Below are positions 1-8,816 of a DNA stretch of 64,000 bases, in pieces. Both the position numbers and the translations under genes were made by a program. The notes below the pieces were generated by a model. The model saw nothing but the letters and a program-made list of their open reading frames with translations. It had not been told where the DNA came from and searched no databases. Position 1 is the stretch's first letter. Every line of letters begins with the position of its first letter. The stretch is from assembly GCA_050952625.1 (NCBI GenBank), contig JBMNLH010000004.1:128001-192000 (forward strand), in the 5' to 3' direction. Source of the stretch: Bacillota bacterium (GTDB taxonomy: Bacteria; Bacillota; Ch66; Ch109).

Positions 1-1061
1 GGGACCGCCAGTTCCCGCGCCAGGGCTTTTAAAGATCTGGAAATCTCGGAAATCTCCTGGGTTCGATTTTCAGACCGGCGGATAGTCTGAATCAATTGGA
101 GATAATCAACCACTAATAAGCCCAGTCCCTTTTCCGCTTTCAGGCGTCGGGCCTTAGACCGCATTTCGTTAACGCTGATGGCCGGGGTATCGTCAATATA
201 AATCGGGGCCTCCGCCAGCAGACCCATGGCTCGCGTCAGGGAAACCCATTCATCTTCAGCCAAACGGCCGGTGCGAAAACGTCCCTGATCAAGCCGCGCC
301 TCGGCGCAGAGCATCCGCTGCACTAATTGCTCCTTGGCCATTTCCAAACTGAAAACAGCTACCGGCAACTTGGCCCGCAGGGCGACATTTTGGGCAATGT
401 TTAGCGATAAACTAGTTTTGCCCATCGCTGGACGAGCAGCTAGTAAGATCAACTCCCCGGGTTGTAAGCCTCCCAAAAGCCGGTCCAAATCCGGGTAATA
501 GGTCGGCAGGCCGGTAGCCCGATTCCCTTGTTCCTGCAATTGTTGCAGGCGATCATACGTTTCCAGTAAAATATCCTGCAGCGAGGCAAATGACTGCATC
601 ACTCCCCGCTGAGAGATTTCGGTGATTCGCTGTTCTGCCTCATCCAGTAATACTTGGATGTCCTCGCGTCCTTCATAGCTCCGATTAACCAGCCGGTTAG
701 ACAGATTAATTAAGGCCCGCAGCAGGGCCTTTTCTTTGACGATCGAGGCATGGTGTTCGACACTAACCGAGGTGGGCACACTGGTAAAAAGGAAAGCCAA
801 GTAGGGCAGACCTCCCACCCGATCAAGTTCATCCAGCCGCCTTAACTCTTCGGCGAGTGTCACCAAATCCACCGGGTCGCCTCGCTCAAAAAGACCAGTG
901 ATCGCGGGATAAATTAACCGGTGGCCCTCTCGAAAAAAGTCATCCGCCTGCAGAATGCCCATTACCACCGGAATACTCTCCCGGTCAATCAGCATTGCCC
1001 CGAGAACTAGCTGTTCGGCCTCGATATTCTGGGGCGGAACCTTGTCAAAATAAATACTCAT
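1..1061 (-). CDS. dnaB: Replicative DNA helicase DnaB/DnaC (3' end runs off the window)
   Basis: Missing from the ORF track. Manual translation from ATG at 1061 gives MSIYFDKVPPQNIEAEQLVLGAMLID, later LLAARPAMGKTSL (Walker A) and FSLEMAKEQL. Syntenic with rplI-lonC. Confidence 0.95.
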   Translation of the reverse strand, partial: MSIYFDKVPPQNIEAEQLVLGAMLIDRESIPVVMGILQADDFFREGHRLIYPAITGLFERGDPVDLVTLAEELRRLDELDRVGGLPYLAFLFTSVPTSVSVEHHASIVKEKALLRALINLSNRLVNRSYEGREDIQVLLDEAEQRITEISQRGVMQSFASLQDILLETYDRLQQLQEQGNRATGLPTYYPDLDRLLGGLQPGELILLAARPAMGKTSLSLNIAQNVALRAKLPVAVFSLEMAKEQLVQRMLCAEARLDQGRFRTGRLAEDEWVSLTRAMGLLAEAPIYIDDTPAISVNEMRSKARRLKAEKGLGLLVVDYLQLIQTIRRSENRTQEISEISRSLKALARELAV

Positions 1062-1086
1062 GGGCCTTCTTTCCTTATGTAGTTAG

Positions 1087-1257
1087 GCTTGTGTATAACT
1101 CAGTCAGCAGACCAAGCTCGGAACAAACGTCGTCGGCTTCCGGCAGGCTCCAAACTGGCCCTGCAGGCTCAGACAGTGATGCCTGCTGTTCCTCCAGCCG
1201 CCTCCGTTCTCTAATGCAGATCGTCAATCGCTGATCTTCATTATAACACTGCGCAAT
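1087..1257. repeat. Diverged copy of the 170-bp hairpin element (family A)
   Basis: Aligns along its length with 10696-10865 and with the reverse complement of the 19441-20560 array unit. Confidence 0.85.
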
Positions 1258-1265
1258 CAAGCTAA

Positions 1266-3368
1266 TTAACCAATCTGAGCTTCCCGTTCAGTCAAATACT
1301 CAGCCATAACCAAGGGTAGGGCTTCTTCAATAGTCTTAATCGGGATAACCCTGATTCCTTGAAGGTCTACCGGTACATCCTTGATGTTTTCATGGGGGAC
1401 CACAACTGTTCTTACCCCGGCCTGTTTAGCCCCGTAAATCTTTTCGATTATCCCGCCCACGGGTTTAACTTTTCCCTGTAACGAGATTTCGCCAGTCACA
1501 GCGACATCCTGGTAAATGCCCCAGCCTTTAATGGCACTCAAAATGGCCAGGGTAATCGCCAGTCCGGCCGAAGGCCCATCTATCTTCCCGCCTCCGACCA
1601 CATTAATGTGCAGGTCATAATCAGCGATCTCCTCGCCGGTAATTCGACGCAACAAAGAGGTGGCATTAAAGACAGAATCTTTAGCCATGCTGCCCGCCGC
1701 ATCATTAAATCGGACATACCCTTTTCCTTTATCCCGGGTCGGAAAAGCGACAGCCTCAATTTCTAAAACTGAGCCTAAAAAACCAAGGACCCCCAGACCC
1801 AAAATACGACCAACCTCCGAGGTGGCTGAGGCTTTATAAATGATGTACGGGGATAGTCGTGAAGTCTGAAGCACTTCATAAAGGTGGCGTTTCCCCAAAA
1901 TTATGGGGATCCCAGTCATAGACTCGGACTCGCTGGTTTGAGTGGCTGCTGCTTCTAAGAAACTGAGGTCAGCCGACCTGGTTTTCCTTAGTTCCCGGCC
2001 TTCGTGCAAGGCTAAGCCATAGGCATCGGCGATCAGATTAGTCGCCTTCCGGCCTTCGATCGTATACTCGCTGATCAATTCCGGCACCCCGGCCTCTAGC
2101 TGCACCTTTAGTTTTAAGGCGGCATTGCGGACAATTTCCTGAATATGGACGGGACTAAGCGGTTCAAAATAGATTTCCGCGCAACGCGAGCGGATAGCCG
2201 GGTTAATATCGCCTGGATCTCGGGTAGTGGCCCCGATCAAGACAAAATCTGCCGGTGCGCCTTCATCAAAAAGTTTTTTAATGTATTTGGGGATATGCGG
2301 ATCGTCCGGATCATAATAAGATGATTCAAAGGTAACTTTTTTATCTTCCAGGACCTTAAGGAGCTTGCTTTGGAGAATTAAATCCATTTCCCCAATCTCA
2401 TCAATAAATAGGATCCCACCGTGGGCTTCACTGGCCAATCCCAGCTTCGGTTCGGGGATGCCGACCTCCGCTAGTTCACGTTTCGCTCCCTGGTAAATAG
2501 GATCATGCACTGAGCCTAGTAACGGATTGGTAACCTCCCTCGGGTCCCAACGCAAGGTAGTTCCATCGACCTCGACAAAGGGGGCGTCTTTCGCAAAGAT
2601 TGAACCGGGGACTGTTTTAATCGCCTCCAAGGCTAACCGGGCCGACGTCGTCTTGCCTATCCCCGGCGGACCATAGAAAAGAATATGCTGGGGGAAAGGA
2701 GCGGCCAGCTTTGACACGAGGGCCCTGATGGCTCTTTCTTGACCAACGATTTCCTCCAGACAACTCGGACGCAACAGCTCAATCACGGAACGCGTTAACC
2801 GGGTCTGATTCATTTTTTCTAAAACTGCCAAACGCTTAAGGGTCTGGGCATTTTCCGAACCGGCGTGTTCTTTAACGAGTTGGGCTTTGATATCTTTTAG
2901 GTATTCATTGTATCGCTGTTGCATCCGTTCTTTGATTTTTCGATCAATCTTATCTTCCACGGAACGCCGCGCTAGCAGGTCAGCAATGGCTTCTTCAATC
3001 TGCGCCACAATTGACTGAAGTTGGGCGTACCGGGGCAAATCATCTAGGGTGGGGTCGCCGGTCACCAATTTTTGCAAGCCCAGTACTCGCTTCAATAAAT
3101 CATCCGAGCGCATCAGCTCTAAGGCCTCTACTTTGGTAGCCCGAAGAACCAATTTATCTGAACCATAAATATCCCCTAAAGTCTCGTACAAGGCATTAAC
3201 CTGCCGCTGAATCTGGTCATAGTGGCTAAATTTTTTTTCAATTCGATTTCTGGTACCAATGAAACGCTGATATAATGCCTTTAGCAAGATTGGCACCCTG
3301 GTTTCTAAAAACGATCGGACCGTTAAAACGGGCCAAATCATATTTCCGGGAAACCAGGATAGCACCAC
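1266..3368 (-). CDS. lonC: Lon-family ATP-dependent protease LonC (start codon uncertain)
   Basis: AAA+ Walker A GPPGIGKTT, Walker B ILFIDE, Lon catalytic motif IDGPSAG...KIYGA. Typical position between rplI and dnaB in Clostridia. Confidence 0.9.
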   Translation of the reverse strand: MVLSWFPGNMIWPVLTVRSFLETRVPILLKALYQRFIGTRNRIEKKFSHYDQIQRQVNALYETLGDIYGSDKLVLRATKVEALELMRSDDLLKRVLGLQKLVTGDPTLDDLPRYAQLQSIVAQIEEAIADLLARRSVEDKIDRKIKERMQQRYNEYLKDIKAQLVKEHAGSENAQTLKRLAVLEKMNQTRLTRSVIELLRPSCLEEIVGQERAIRALVSKLAAPFPQHILFYGPPGIGKTTSARLALEAIKTVPGSIFAKDAPFVEVDGTTLRWDPREVTNPLLGSVHDPIYQGAKRELAEVGIPEPKLGLASEAHGGILFIDEIGEMDLILQSKLLKVLEDKKVTFESSYYDPDDPHIPKYIKKLFDEGAPADFVLIGATTRDPGDINPAIRSRCAEIYFEPLSPVHIQEIVRNAALKLKVQLEAGVPELISEYTIEGRKATNLIADAYGLALHEGRELRKTRSADLSFLEAAATQTSESESMTGIPIILGKRHLYEVLQTSRLSPYIIYKASATSEVGRILGLGVLGFLGSVLEIEAVAFPTRDKGKGYVRFNDAAGSMAKDSVFNATSLLRRITGEEIADYDLHINVVGGGKIDGPSAGLAITLAILSAIKGWGIYQDVAVTGEISLQGKVKPVGGIIEKIYGAKQAGVRTVVVPHENIKDVPVDLQGIRVIPIKTIEEALPLVMAEYLTEREAQIG

Positions 3369-3520
3369 CTTTCCGTTTGTTTTTCAGATTATGGATTTTT
3401 TGCTCGCGCTCCACTGTTGCCAGTTGTTTAAGTGCATGTTTAAGTGCAAATTATTTAAGGGCTGAAAATTTGTTTACTTCTGATCAAGGGTCTTGATGTT
3501 TATGTATTTATCTGAATCAA

Positions 3521-3627
3521 AAGACGGCTGCTTCTATAAGTGGGGGTTACCTTTGTTTAAACTTTAAGTGAAAGCAGAGTTTTTTTCATTTGAAGCCTCG
3601 ATGTTCAGCGAAGCTGAACAAGTTCAC
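3521..3627. repeat. Family B repeat (IS200/IS605-end-like hairpin element)
   Basis: cttctataagtggggg...gaagcctcgatgttcagcgaagctgaacaagttcac is the reverse complement of the 62931-63032 copy. Confidence 0.7.
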
Positions 3628-4070
3628 TCAGCGACGACGACTAAAGTAAACTTGGCCTGAATCCCGGGATATAGCCGGGCAGTGAGGGAATATCGTCCTA
3701 AGGCTTTGATGGTCTCTTTTAATTCCAGTTGCTTTCGATCAAGCTTAATCCCATAATCCTTAGCCAGCACCTCAGCCACTTCCCGAGTGGTGACTGAGCC
3801 AAACAGCTTTCCTCCCTCTCCGGAGCGCATCGCGACTTGAACTTCTTTGCCCTCTAACCTTTCTGCTAGATTAAGGGCCTCGGCCTTAGCCCGCTCTTTT
3901 TTATTTTTCTCGACCTGTTGCCGAAGGTTTAGATCACGCAGTCGCCCGGCCGAAGCCTCAACCGCTAAGCCTCGAGGAATCAGAAAATTCCTGGCATATC
4001 CCTCCGCTACCTCTACCGTTGATTCTTTGGAGCCCAAGCCCTTAACATCCTGTAATAGGATAACTTTCAA
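3624..4070 (-). CDS. rplI: 50S ribosomal protein L9
   Basis: MKVILLQDVKGLG...GYARNFLIP...GKLFGSVT signature. Confidence 0.98.
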   Translation of the reverse strand: MKVILLQDVKGLGSKESTVEVAEGYARNFLIPRGLAVEASAGRLRDLNLRQQVEKNKKERAKAEALNLAERLEGKEVQVAMRSGEGGKLFGSVTTREVAEVLAKDYGIKLDRKQLELKETIKALGRYSLTARLYPGIQAKFTLVVVAE

Positions 4071-5062
4071 TCTCTCATTCCCTCCTTACTTCCCAATTTG
4101 CGATAGTTGAATAAAGGATCAAATAGACCAACCGACATGATCAAAACTACAGTTATTGAAATATAAAAACAGCTAAAAATAATTAGACTGGCCTTAAACC
4201 ACCGCGGCAGTTTGGATTTTTGGTAATAATAGCTGACAACGGCAATCCCAAAAATAATCAAAAAGGGAGCGTACAGGACCAGCAGGTTTTGGCCTCCGAT
4301 CATCAGCCAGCTCAATCCAAAGTAATCCCCGGCCAGCAAAGCGGCAAAAGCCACAACCACTCCCCAGGTCAGATACCAAGGCATCTGCCACTCTCGAAAA
4401 GGCGGCAGGGATACGACCGGGATCTGCAAACGACGGGCGACTAACTGGACGATTAAATAGTTAAGACTAGCGGTAATCGCTGCCCCGACTGCCAGCAGGC
4501 CCGGCAGAATTCGTTGGAAAAATAATACTATTTGGGTCGCCGCCTCCCGCAGGGCCTCTTCGGTAATTCCCTGGGCCTGATAATCTTCAAGAACCCCGGC
4601 GCGGCGGTAAAACTCCACTATCGAATCAACAGAAGATTGAAGCTGTTGGCCTAAATCGCTAAATGTTATACCCATGATTTGAAGACTAGCCAGGGTAATA
4701 ATGACCGTAGAAATAATCGAGATTCCTACCCCGCCTAGAATACTAGAGCCGGCGGAAAACTGACGCTTCAAAGCCAGTCCGTAAAAAAGGCCGACTACCC
4801 CAAATTGAGCCACATACAAGACAGCCGTGAGCGGATTGGACAGGATAATAACCAATACCATAGTGACAATTACGGCTAACAGACCATCACGCAGAGAGTA
4901 ACGCGCCACCATCAGGGTAATCGGTATGGTCCAGACTATAGTAGCAAGACTCGACAATATGGGAATGTACAATCCGACTAATGCCAAAATTGCTGCCAAG
5001 GCTGCTGCTAGAGCCCCCTCAACCAAGGGCTTTGTCCCGGATATTGGCTGCAATTTCGTCAC
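4067..5062 (-). CDS. yybS: YybS/DUF2232 family membrane protein
   Basis: Multi-TM protein, LVEGAL start, LPPFREWQMP and GLFDPLFNYRK motifs, synteny with rplI. Confidence 0.85.
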   Translation of the reverse strand: MTKLQPISGTKPLVEGALAAALAAILALVGLYIPILSSLATIVWTIPITLMVARYSLRDGLLAVIVTMVLVIILSNPLTAVLYVAQFGVVGLFYGLALKRQFSAGSSILGGVGISIISTVIITLASLQIMGITFSDLGQQLQSSVDSIVEFYRRAGVLEDYQAQGITEEALREAATQIVLFFQRILPGLLAVGAAITASLNYLIVQLVARRLQIPVVSLPPFREWQMPWYLTWGVVVAFAALLAGDYFGLSWLMIGGQNLLVLYAPFLIIFGIAVVSYYYQKSKLPRWFKASLIIFSCFYISITVVLIMSVGLFDPLFNYRKLGSKEGMRD

Positions 5063-5379
5063 AATCCTTTCTTTCTATTCTCAAGATGTTTCTTTAAGGC
5101 AGACAGGTCCCCATACCACTCTTCCACTTCGTGTTTCTCGTCTATATGTCGGCGAACCAGTGCTTCGAGTTGCAAATCGACCTGGGCAAAGTTTACCCCA
5201 ACTCTTTGTCCTAATAAATAGGCAGTCAACTGCACGCGGGCTAAACCCTGCCGTATTAGTTCCTCCTGATTCTGTAATAAAGCCCGGAAAAGCTGACTGA
5301 CTGACTCAAGCAACTCAGCCTTTAGCCATTCAATAAGCTTGACATTACGGGCAATATCCAGGTCCCGGCTGCGGGGCAT
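5059..5379 (-). CDS. MazG-like family protein
   Basis: MPRSRDLDIARNVKLIEWLKAELL...HEVEEWYGDLSAL. ATG at 5379 has an RBS. Usual position downstream of rpsR in Clostridia. Confidence 0.8.
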   Translation of the reverse strand: MPRSRDLDIARNVKLIEWLKAELLESVSQLFRALLQNQEELIRQGLARVQLTAYLLGQRVGVNFAQVDLQLEALVRRHIDEKHEVEEWYGDLSALKKHLENRKKGL

Positions 5380-5545
5380 ACTTCCCTCTCCTATCCAATT
5401 GAACTTTAGAATCGCCTGTAAGGGGCCTTGATTGAGAAGATAATTCGTCAATAAATAAAGATTTCCTGCTTCAATAAGTATTTCTGGCTGCTCTTTTTTC
5501 TTCCGTTGCATGCAGAATATCCCTTGCCCGTTAACTCATTAACAC

Positions 5546-5570
5546 AAAAGGGAGCGATTAACGCTCCCTC
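5546..5570 (-). terminator. Intrinsic terminator after rpsR
   Basis: gggagcg-attaa-cgctccc hairpin followed by a T-run on the minus strand. Confidence 0.6.
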
Positions 5571-5591
5571 ACTCTACTAGCCAACTAACCG

Positions 5592-5825
5592 TTATTCAGC
5601 CGTAAACGGCAGCAGGGCTATATTTCTCGCCCGTTTGATCGCCAAGGTTGCCTGGCGTTGATGCTTCGCACAGTTGCCCGATATCCTTCGAGGCAGAATC
5701 TTTCCTCGTTCGGTAATAAACTTTCTCAGCTTGTTAATGTCTTTGTAGTCGACTTCTTGCACCTTCTCGACGCAAAAGGTGCAAACCCTTTTCCGCGGTC
5801 TTCGTCCACGTTCACGTCGCATCAA
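5592..5825 (-). CDS. rpsR: 30S ribosomal protein S18 (Zn-binding type)
   Basis: CTFC...DYKD...[19 protein letters not shown]. Confidence 0.98.
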   Translation of the reverse strand: MMRRERGRRPRKRVCTFCVEKVQEVDYKDINKLRKFITERGKILPRRISGNCAKHQRQATLAIKRARNIALLPFTAE

Positions 5826-5857
5826 GCCACCTCCTCCATAGTTATTTGATCAGTCCA

Positions 5858-6262
5858 TTAAAACGGTATTTCTTCCCCCTGAATATCCACTTCTGATCCA
5901 AGGTCGTCCACTGAAGAACTGCCCTTGTAACCGGCACCCGAATCTTTAGGACTCAGGAATTGGACATTTTGCGCTACTACCCGGGCGACCCGTCTTTTTT
6001 GACCGTCTTGGGTTTCATAAGATTGAATCTCCAAGCGTCCTTCTACAGCGGCCAGCCGGCCCTTGCTCAGATAATTGGCGCACAGCTCGCCTAACTGTCT
6101 CCAGGCCACTATATCGATAAAATCGGTCTCCCGCTCCCCCTGTTTATTAGTGTAGGAACGATCTACCGCTAAAGAAAAGGTCGTGACCGGTATTCCGCTA
6201 GTAGTAAAACGCATCTCGGGATCTCTGGTAAGTCGACCAATCAGGATAACTCGATTCAGCAA
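5858..6262 (-). CDS. ssb: Single-stranded DNA-binding protein
   Basis: MLNRVILIGRLTRDPE start and acidic C-terminal EEIPF tail. Confidence 0.98.
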   Translation of the reverse strand: MLNRVILIGRLTRDPEMRFTTSGIPVTTFSLAVDRSYTNKQGERETDFIDIVAWRQLGELCANYLSKGRLAAVEGRLEIQSYETQDGQKRRVARVVAQNVQFLSPKDSGAGYKGSSSVDDLGSEVDIQGEEIPF

Positions 6263-6306
6263 TCCTGCCGCCCCCTTAAAATATCCTCTTAAATAAATAA
6301 AATAAT

Positions 6307-6536
6307 ATACGACGCTCCCGTCTATCTAAATAGTCGCGTCTCTTTCCTTTTGGACAGTTGCTGCGGTGCTAGAGTTCTACTCTTGTTCAAGCAGTACTTT
6401 CCTGTGTCCTTAGATACGACGCTCCTCTCTATCTGACTAGTCGCGTCTCTTTCCTTTTGGACAGTTGCTGCGGTGCTAGAGTTCTACTCTTGTTCAAGCA
6501 GTACTTTCCTGTGTCCTTAGATACGACGCTCCTCTT
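6307..6536. repeat. 107-bp tandem repeat (about 2.1 copies) between rpsF and ssb
   Basis: atacgacgctcc recurs at 6307, 6414 and 6521, and the units are nearly identical. Confidence 0.95.
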
Positions 6537-6537
6537 C

Positions 6538-6822
6538 CTACCCCTTTTTAGTAATCAGGTATCGGATGACGGTGTCGGTTATTTTAAAGACCCGTTCTAG
6601 TTCCTGTTCTGTTGCCGGCTCGCCGTTGAAGTGCTCCAATACATAGTAGCCTTCTCGGTAATCGTTAATCTCATAAGCCAGCCGACGTTTGCCCCAACGA
6701 TTAATATTGACTACTTCCCCGCCATTGTCAGCAATCAATTGGTCGAACTTTTCAATAACGTCATTAATCGCCTCTTCGTCAAGATCGGGACGAATAATAT
6801 ACATAAGCTCATACGCCCGCAC
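6538..6822 (-). CDS. rpsF: 30S ribosomal protein S6
   Basis: RAYELMYIIRPDL...WGKRRLAYEI. GTG start at 6822 follows AGGAGG. Confidence 0.98.
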   Translation of the reverse strand: MRAYELMYIIRPDLDEEAINDVIEKFDQLIADNGGEVVNINRWGKRRLAYEINDYREGYYVLEHFNGEPATEQELERVFKITDTVIRYLITKKG

Positions 6823-6825
6823 AAT

Positions 6826-6895
6826 CTTCACCTCCTCCCCACGGACTATGGCCCTACCACGAAGATAGAGCAGGGATGGAATTGCGGTCGACTCG
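6826..6895 (-). promoter_or_regulatory. Putative S6:S18 ribosomal-protein leader RNA
   Basis: The rpsF leader reads ...tccctgctctatcttcgtggtagggccatagtccgtggggaggaggtg: pyrimidine/CCC tract, internal hairpin and RBS, as in Firmicute S6:S18 leaders. Confidence 0.55.
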
Positions 6896-7118
6896 TTTAT
6901 TGATTATATCATTTAACAATATAATACACAAGTTGGCAAAACTAATCCTTGTGCTGAAGCAGCAAAAAGTTTAAGTTGTTCTGTCAGTATGCTACTGTTG
7001 TTCGCTATACGATAGATTTCGGGAAGAGACGGATCCGTCTGGCAGGGCTTTACGGCATGTTTCGGCAAACACGAAGGGAAGACATTAACAATGCGGAGTC
7101 TTTTAATTCAAATAAATT

Positions 7119-7145
7119 GGGACAGTGAATCTGTCCCCCTGTCCC
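7119..7145. repeat. Family C REP-like GGGACA/TGTCCC hairpin
   Basis: gggacagtgaatctgtccccctgtccc. Related copies at 24291, 31918, 34289 and 60196. Confidence 0.7.
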
Positions 7146-7146
7146 A

Positions 7147-7365
7147 TTACAGCTTTCCTCTGACCAGCAAATTGTTTAAATCAGCCAGGGGGGCCTCGAC
7201 GACTGAAGTATTATTAAAGAGCGATTTGAGGACTGCCACCCTCTCACCTTTTTCTCTAACTTTAAAGCCAATAATGCAATAATGAATTGCTGCTTGTTCT
7301 GATTTCCGAGATACTAAATCACCAATCTGAAAACGAAGATTGGTTAATTCCCTGACCTTTCCCAC
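7147..7365 (-). CDS. Small hypothetical protein (possibly SH3-like)
   Basis: GTG start after a GGGGTGG RBS. FQIGDLVSRK motif. Confidence 0.6.
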   Translation of the reverse strand: MGKVRELTNLRFQIGDLVSRKSEQAAIHYCIIGFKVREKGERVAVLKSLFNNTSVVEAPLADLNNLLVRGKL

Positions 7366-7420
7366 GGCACACCACCCCTTTATAGGATATGCCGGCAAAG
7401 GGTTAAAGGTGCTGAAGATT

Positions 7421-7633
7421 TCACGGAGAATTCTCTTGATGCCGCACAATCGTCTTAACGCTTTTTTCAAACTTAACTCTAGGTAACATCACTTGGTGAC
7501 CACAGCCGAGACACTTGATCCGGATATCCATCCCGGTCCTGGTTATCTCCCACTCATAACTGCCACAGGGATGAGATTTACGCAAACGTACGACATCACC
7601 CAAGTTAAATCTAGGTATCTGTGAACTGCCCAA
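7421..7633 (-). CDS. DUF951 (YyzM-like) protein
   Basis: LGDVVRLRKSHPCGSYEWEITRTGMDIRIKCLGCGH signature. Confidence 0.9.
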   Translation of the reverse strand: MGSSQIPRFNLGDVVRLRKSHPCGSYEWEITRTGMDIRIKCLGCGHQVMLPRVKFEKSVKTIVRHQENSP

Positions 7634-7681
7634 AGAACTTAACCCTACCCTTCTGTTATCCGTGTTGCAAACCGGAGCTTA

Positions 7682-7765
7682 GTGAACTCATTCAGCTTCG
7701 CCAAACATCAAGGCCCAGATGGAGACTCTAGTCCACCTGAAGTTTTCAGCAAGGGCCCCCCTTAT
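7682..7765. repeat. Family B repeat copy
   Basis: gtgaactcattcagcttcgccaaacatc...cagatggagactctagtccacctga matches 62931-63032. Confidence 0.7.
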
Positions 7766-7816
7766 GCCTCTTATCTCAACTAATGTCTTAGGTCAAAATG
7801 ACTTGCGTCTAATATC

Positions 7817-8785
7817 TCAGGTCTCACGCCCGGGGCTGTTCTGATTTTTTTTGCCGGTTAGAGCGGCTAAGGCCTGATTGGCACTAACCCGGACCAACCA
7901 ATCACGGTCCTTCCGGGCTTCATTAAGGGCTGATAACGCTCCCCACCACTCCAGGCATCCGAGAGCTTGAGCTGCTCTGGCTCGAACCTCTGGGACCGGA
8001 TCCTGCAAGACGTCGACTAATTGAGGTCCGGCTTCGATAACCCTCATTTCTCCCAACGCTTGGACAGCCTTGCTGCGGACCCAGGGAGATTCATCTCTAA
8101 TTCCATTGATCAGGCTCTCAACTGCTCGATTATCCCCGATCTGCCCCAGGATCTCCAAGCAAATCCCCCGCGCCTTTTCTTCCATATGCGGATAAGCATC
8201 CAGCAAGGGTTTCACCGCGTGTGACCCCATTGAGATAAGGACATCAGCCACCCTAGCAGGAGTAACCTCAGTCGGCTCTTCTAGTGCCTTAAGCAAAGGC
8301 TCAATCACTGATGGTTCCTGAATTCGACATAGAGCGGCGGAGGCAGCCCAGCGAACCTCTTCTTCAGGATCACTGAGTAAATCTATAAGCGGCATCACCC
8401 CATTGGGAGATTGTAAAATGCCTAGCATTTCTACGGCCTGCGCTCGTTTCTGATGATTCTGACTGCTGATCTGGTCCAAGGCGAGGTCAACATACCCCAA
8501 ACGCGCCAAGAGATTAACTACTGCGCCCTGACGTTCTCTTGACCATTCAAAGAAATCGCTTTGAATGACCCGCATGACCATGGAGGGTTCGGCTTTTTCT
8601 ATTAAATGGATTTGTTTATAGGAAAGGGCTCCACTCCCACGAGATAAGGCATTGCTTAATCTAGCTATTTCCGCCACCTGTTTGTCTGGAACTGCTCTAG
8701 GGCGCAGTTTGCCGACTAAAAAGATTGACGGTAATAAGGCCAGGACAATACCCGCCAAGGCAGCCACCCACCAAGGTATCTCCAT
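7817..8785 (-). CDS. Membrane-anchored HEAT-repeat protein
   Basis: ATG at 8785 with RBS. N-terminal TM (WWVAALAGIVLALL) and repeated DPEEEVRWAASAAL / DESPWVRSKAVQALG motifs. Confidence 0.85.
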   Translation of the reverse strand: MEIPWWVAALAGIVLALLPSIFLVGKLRPRAVPDKQVAEIARLSNALSRGSGALSYKQIHLIEKAEPSMVMRVIQSDFFEWSRERQGAVVNLLARLGYVDLALDQISSQNHQKRAQAVEMLGILQSPNGVMPLIDLLSDPEEEVRWAASAALCRIQEPSVIEPLLKALEEPTEVTPARVADVLISMGSHAVKPLLDAYPHMEEKARGICLEILGQIGDNRAVESLINGIRDESPWVRSKAVQALGEMRVIEAGPQLVDVLQDPVPEVRARAAQALGCLEWWGALSALNEARKDRDWLVRVSANQALAALTGKKNQNSPGRET

Positions 8786-8816
8786 GATACGTCCCCTTTC
8801 CTTAATCACTCGAGGA

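Noticed and set aside
995-1260. 79-aa and 61-aa ORFs between dnaB and lonC (also 11672-11914 and 41397-41612)
   Set aside because: They are translations of family A repeat copies.
3426-3449. 12-bp direct repeat tgtttaagtgca x2 upstream of lonC
   Set aside because: It could be an operator, but it matches no consensus I can support (not CtsR or CIRCE) and occurs once.
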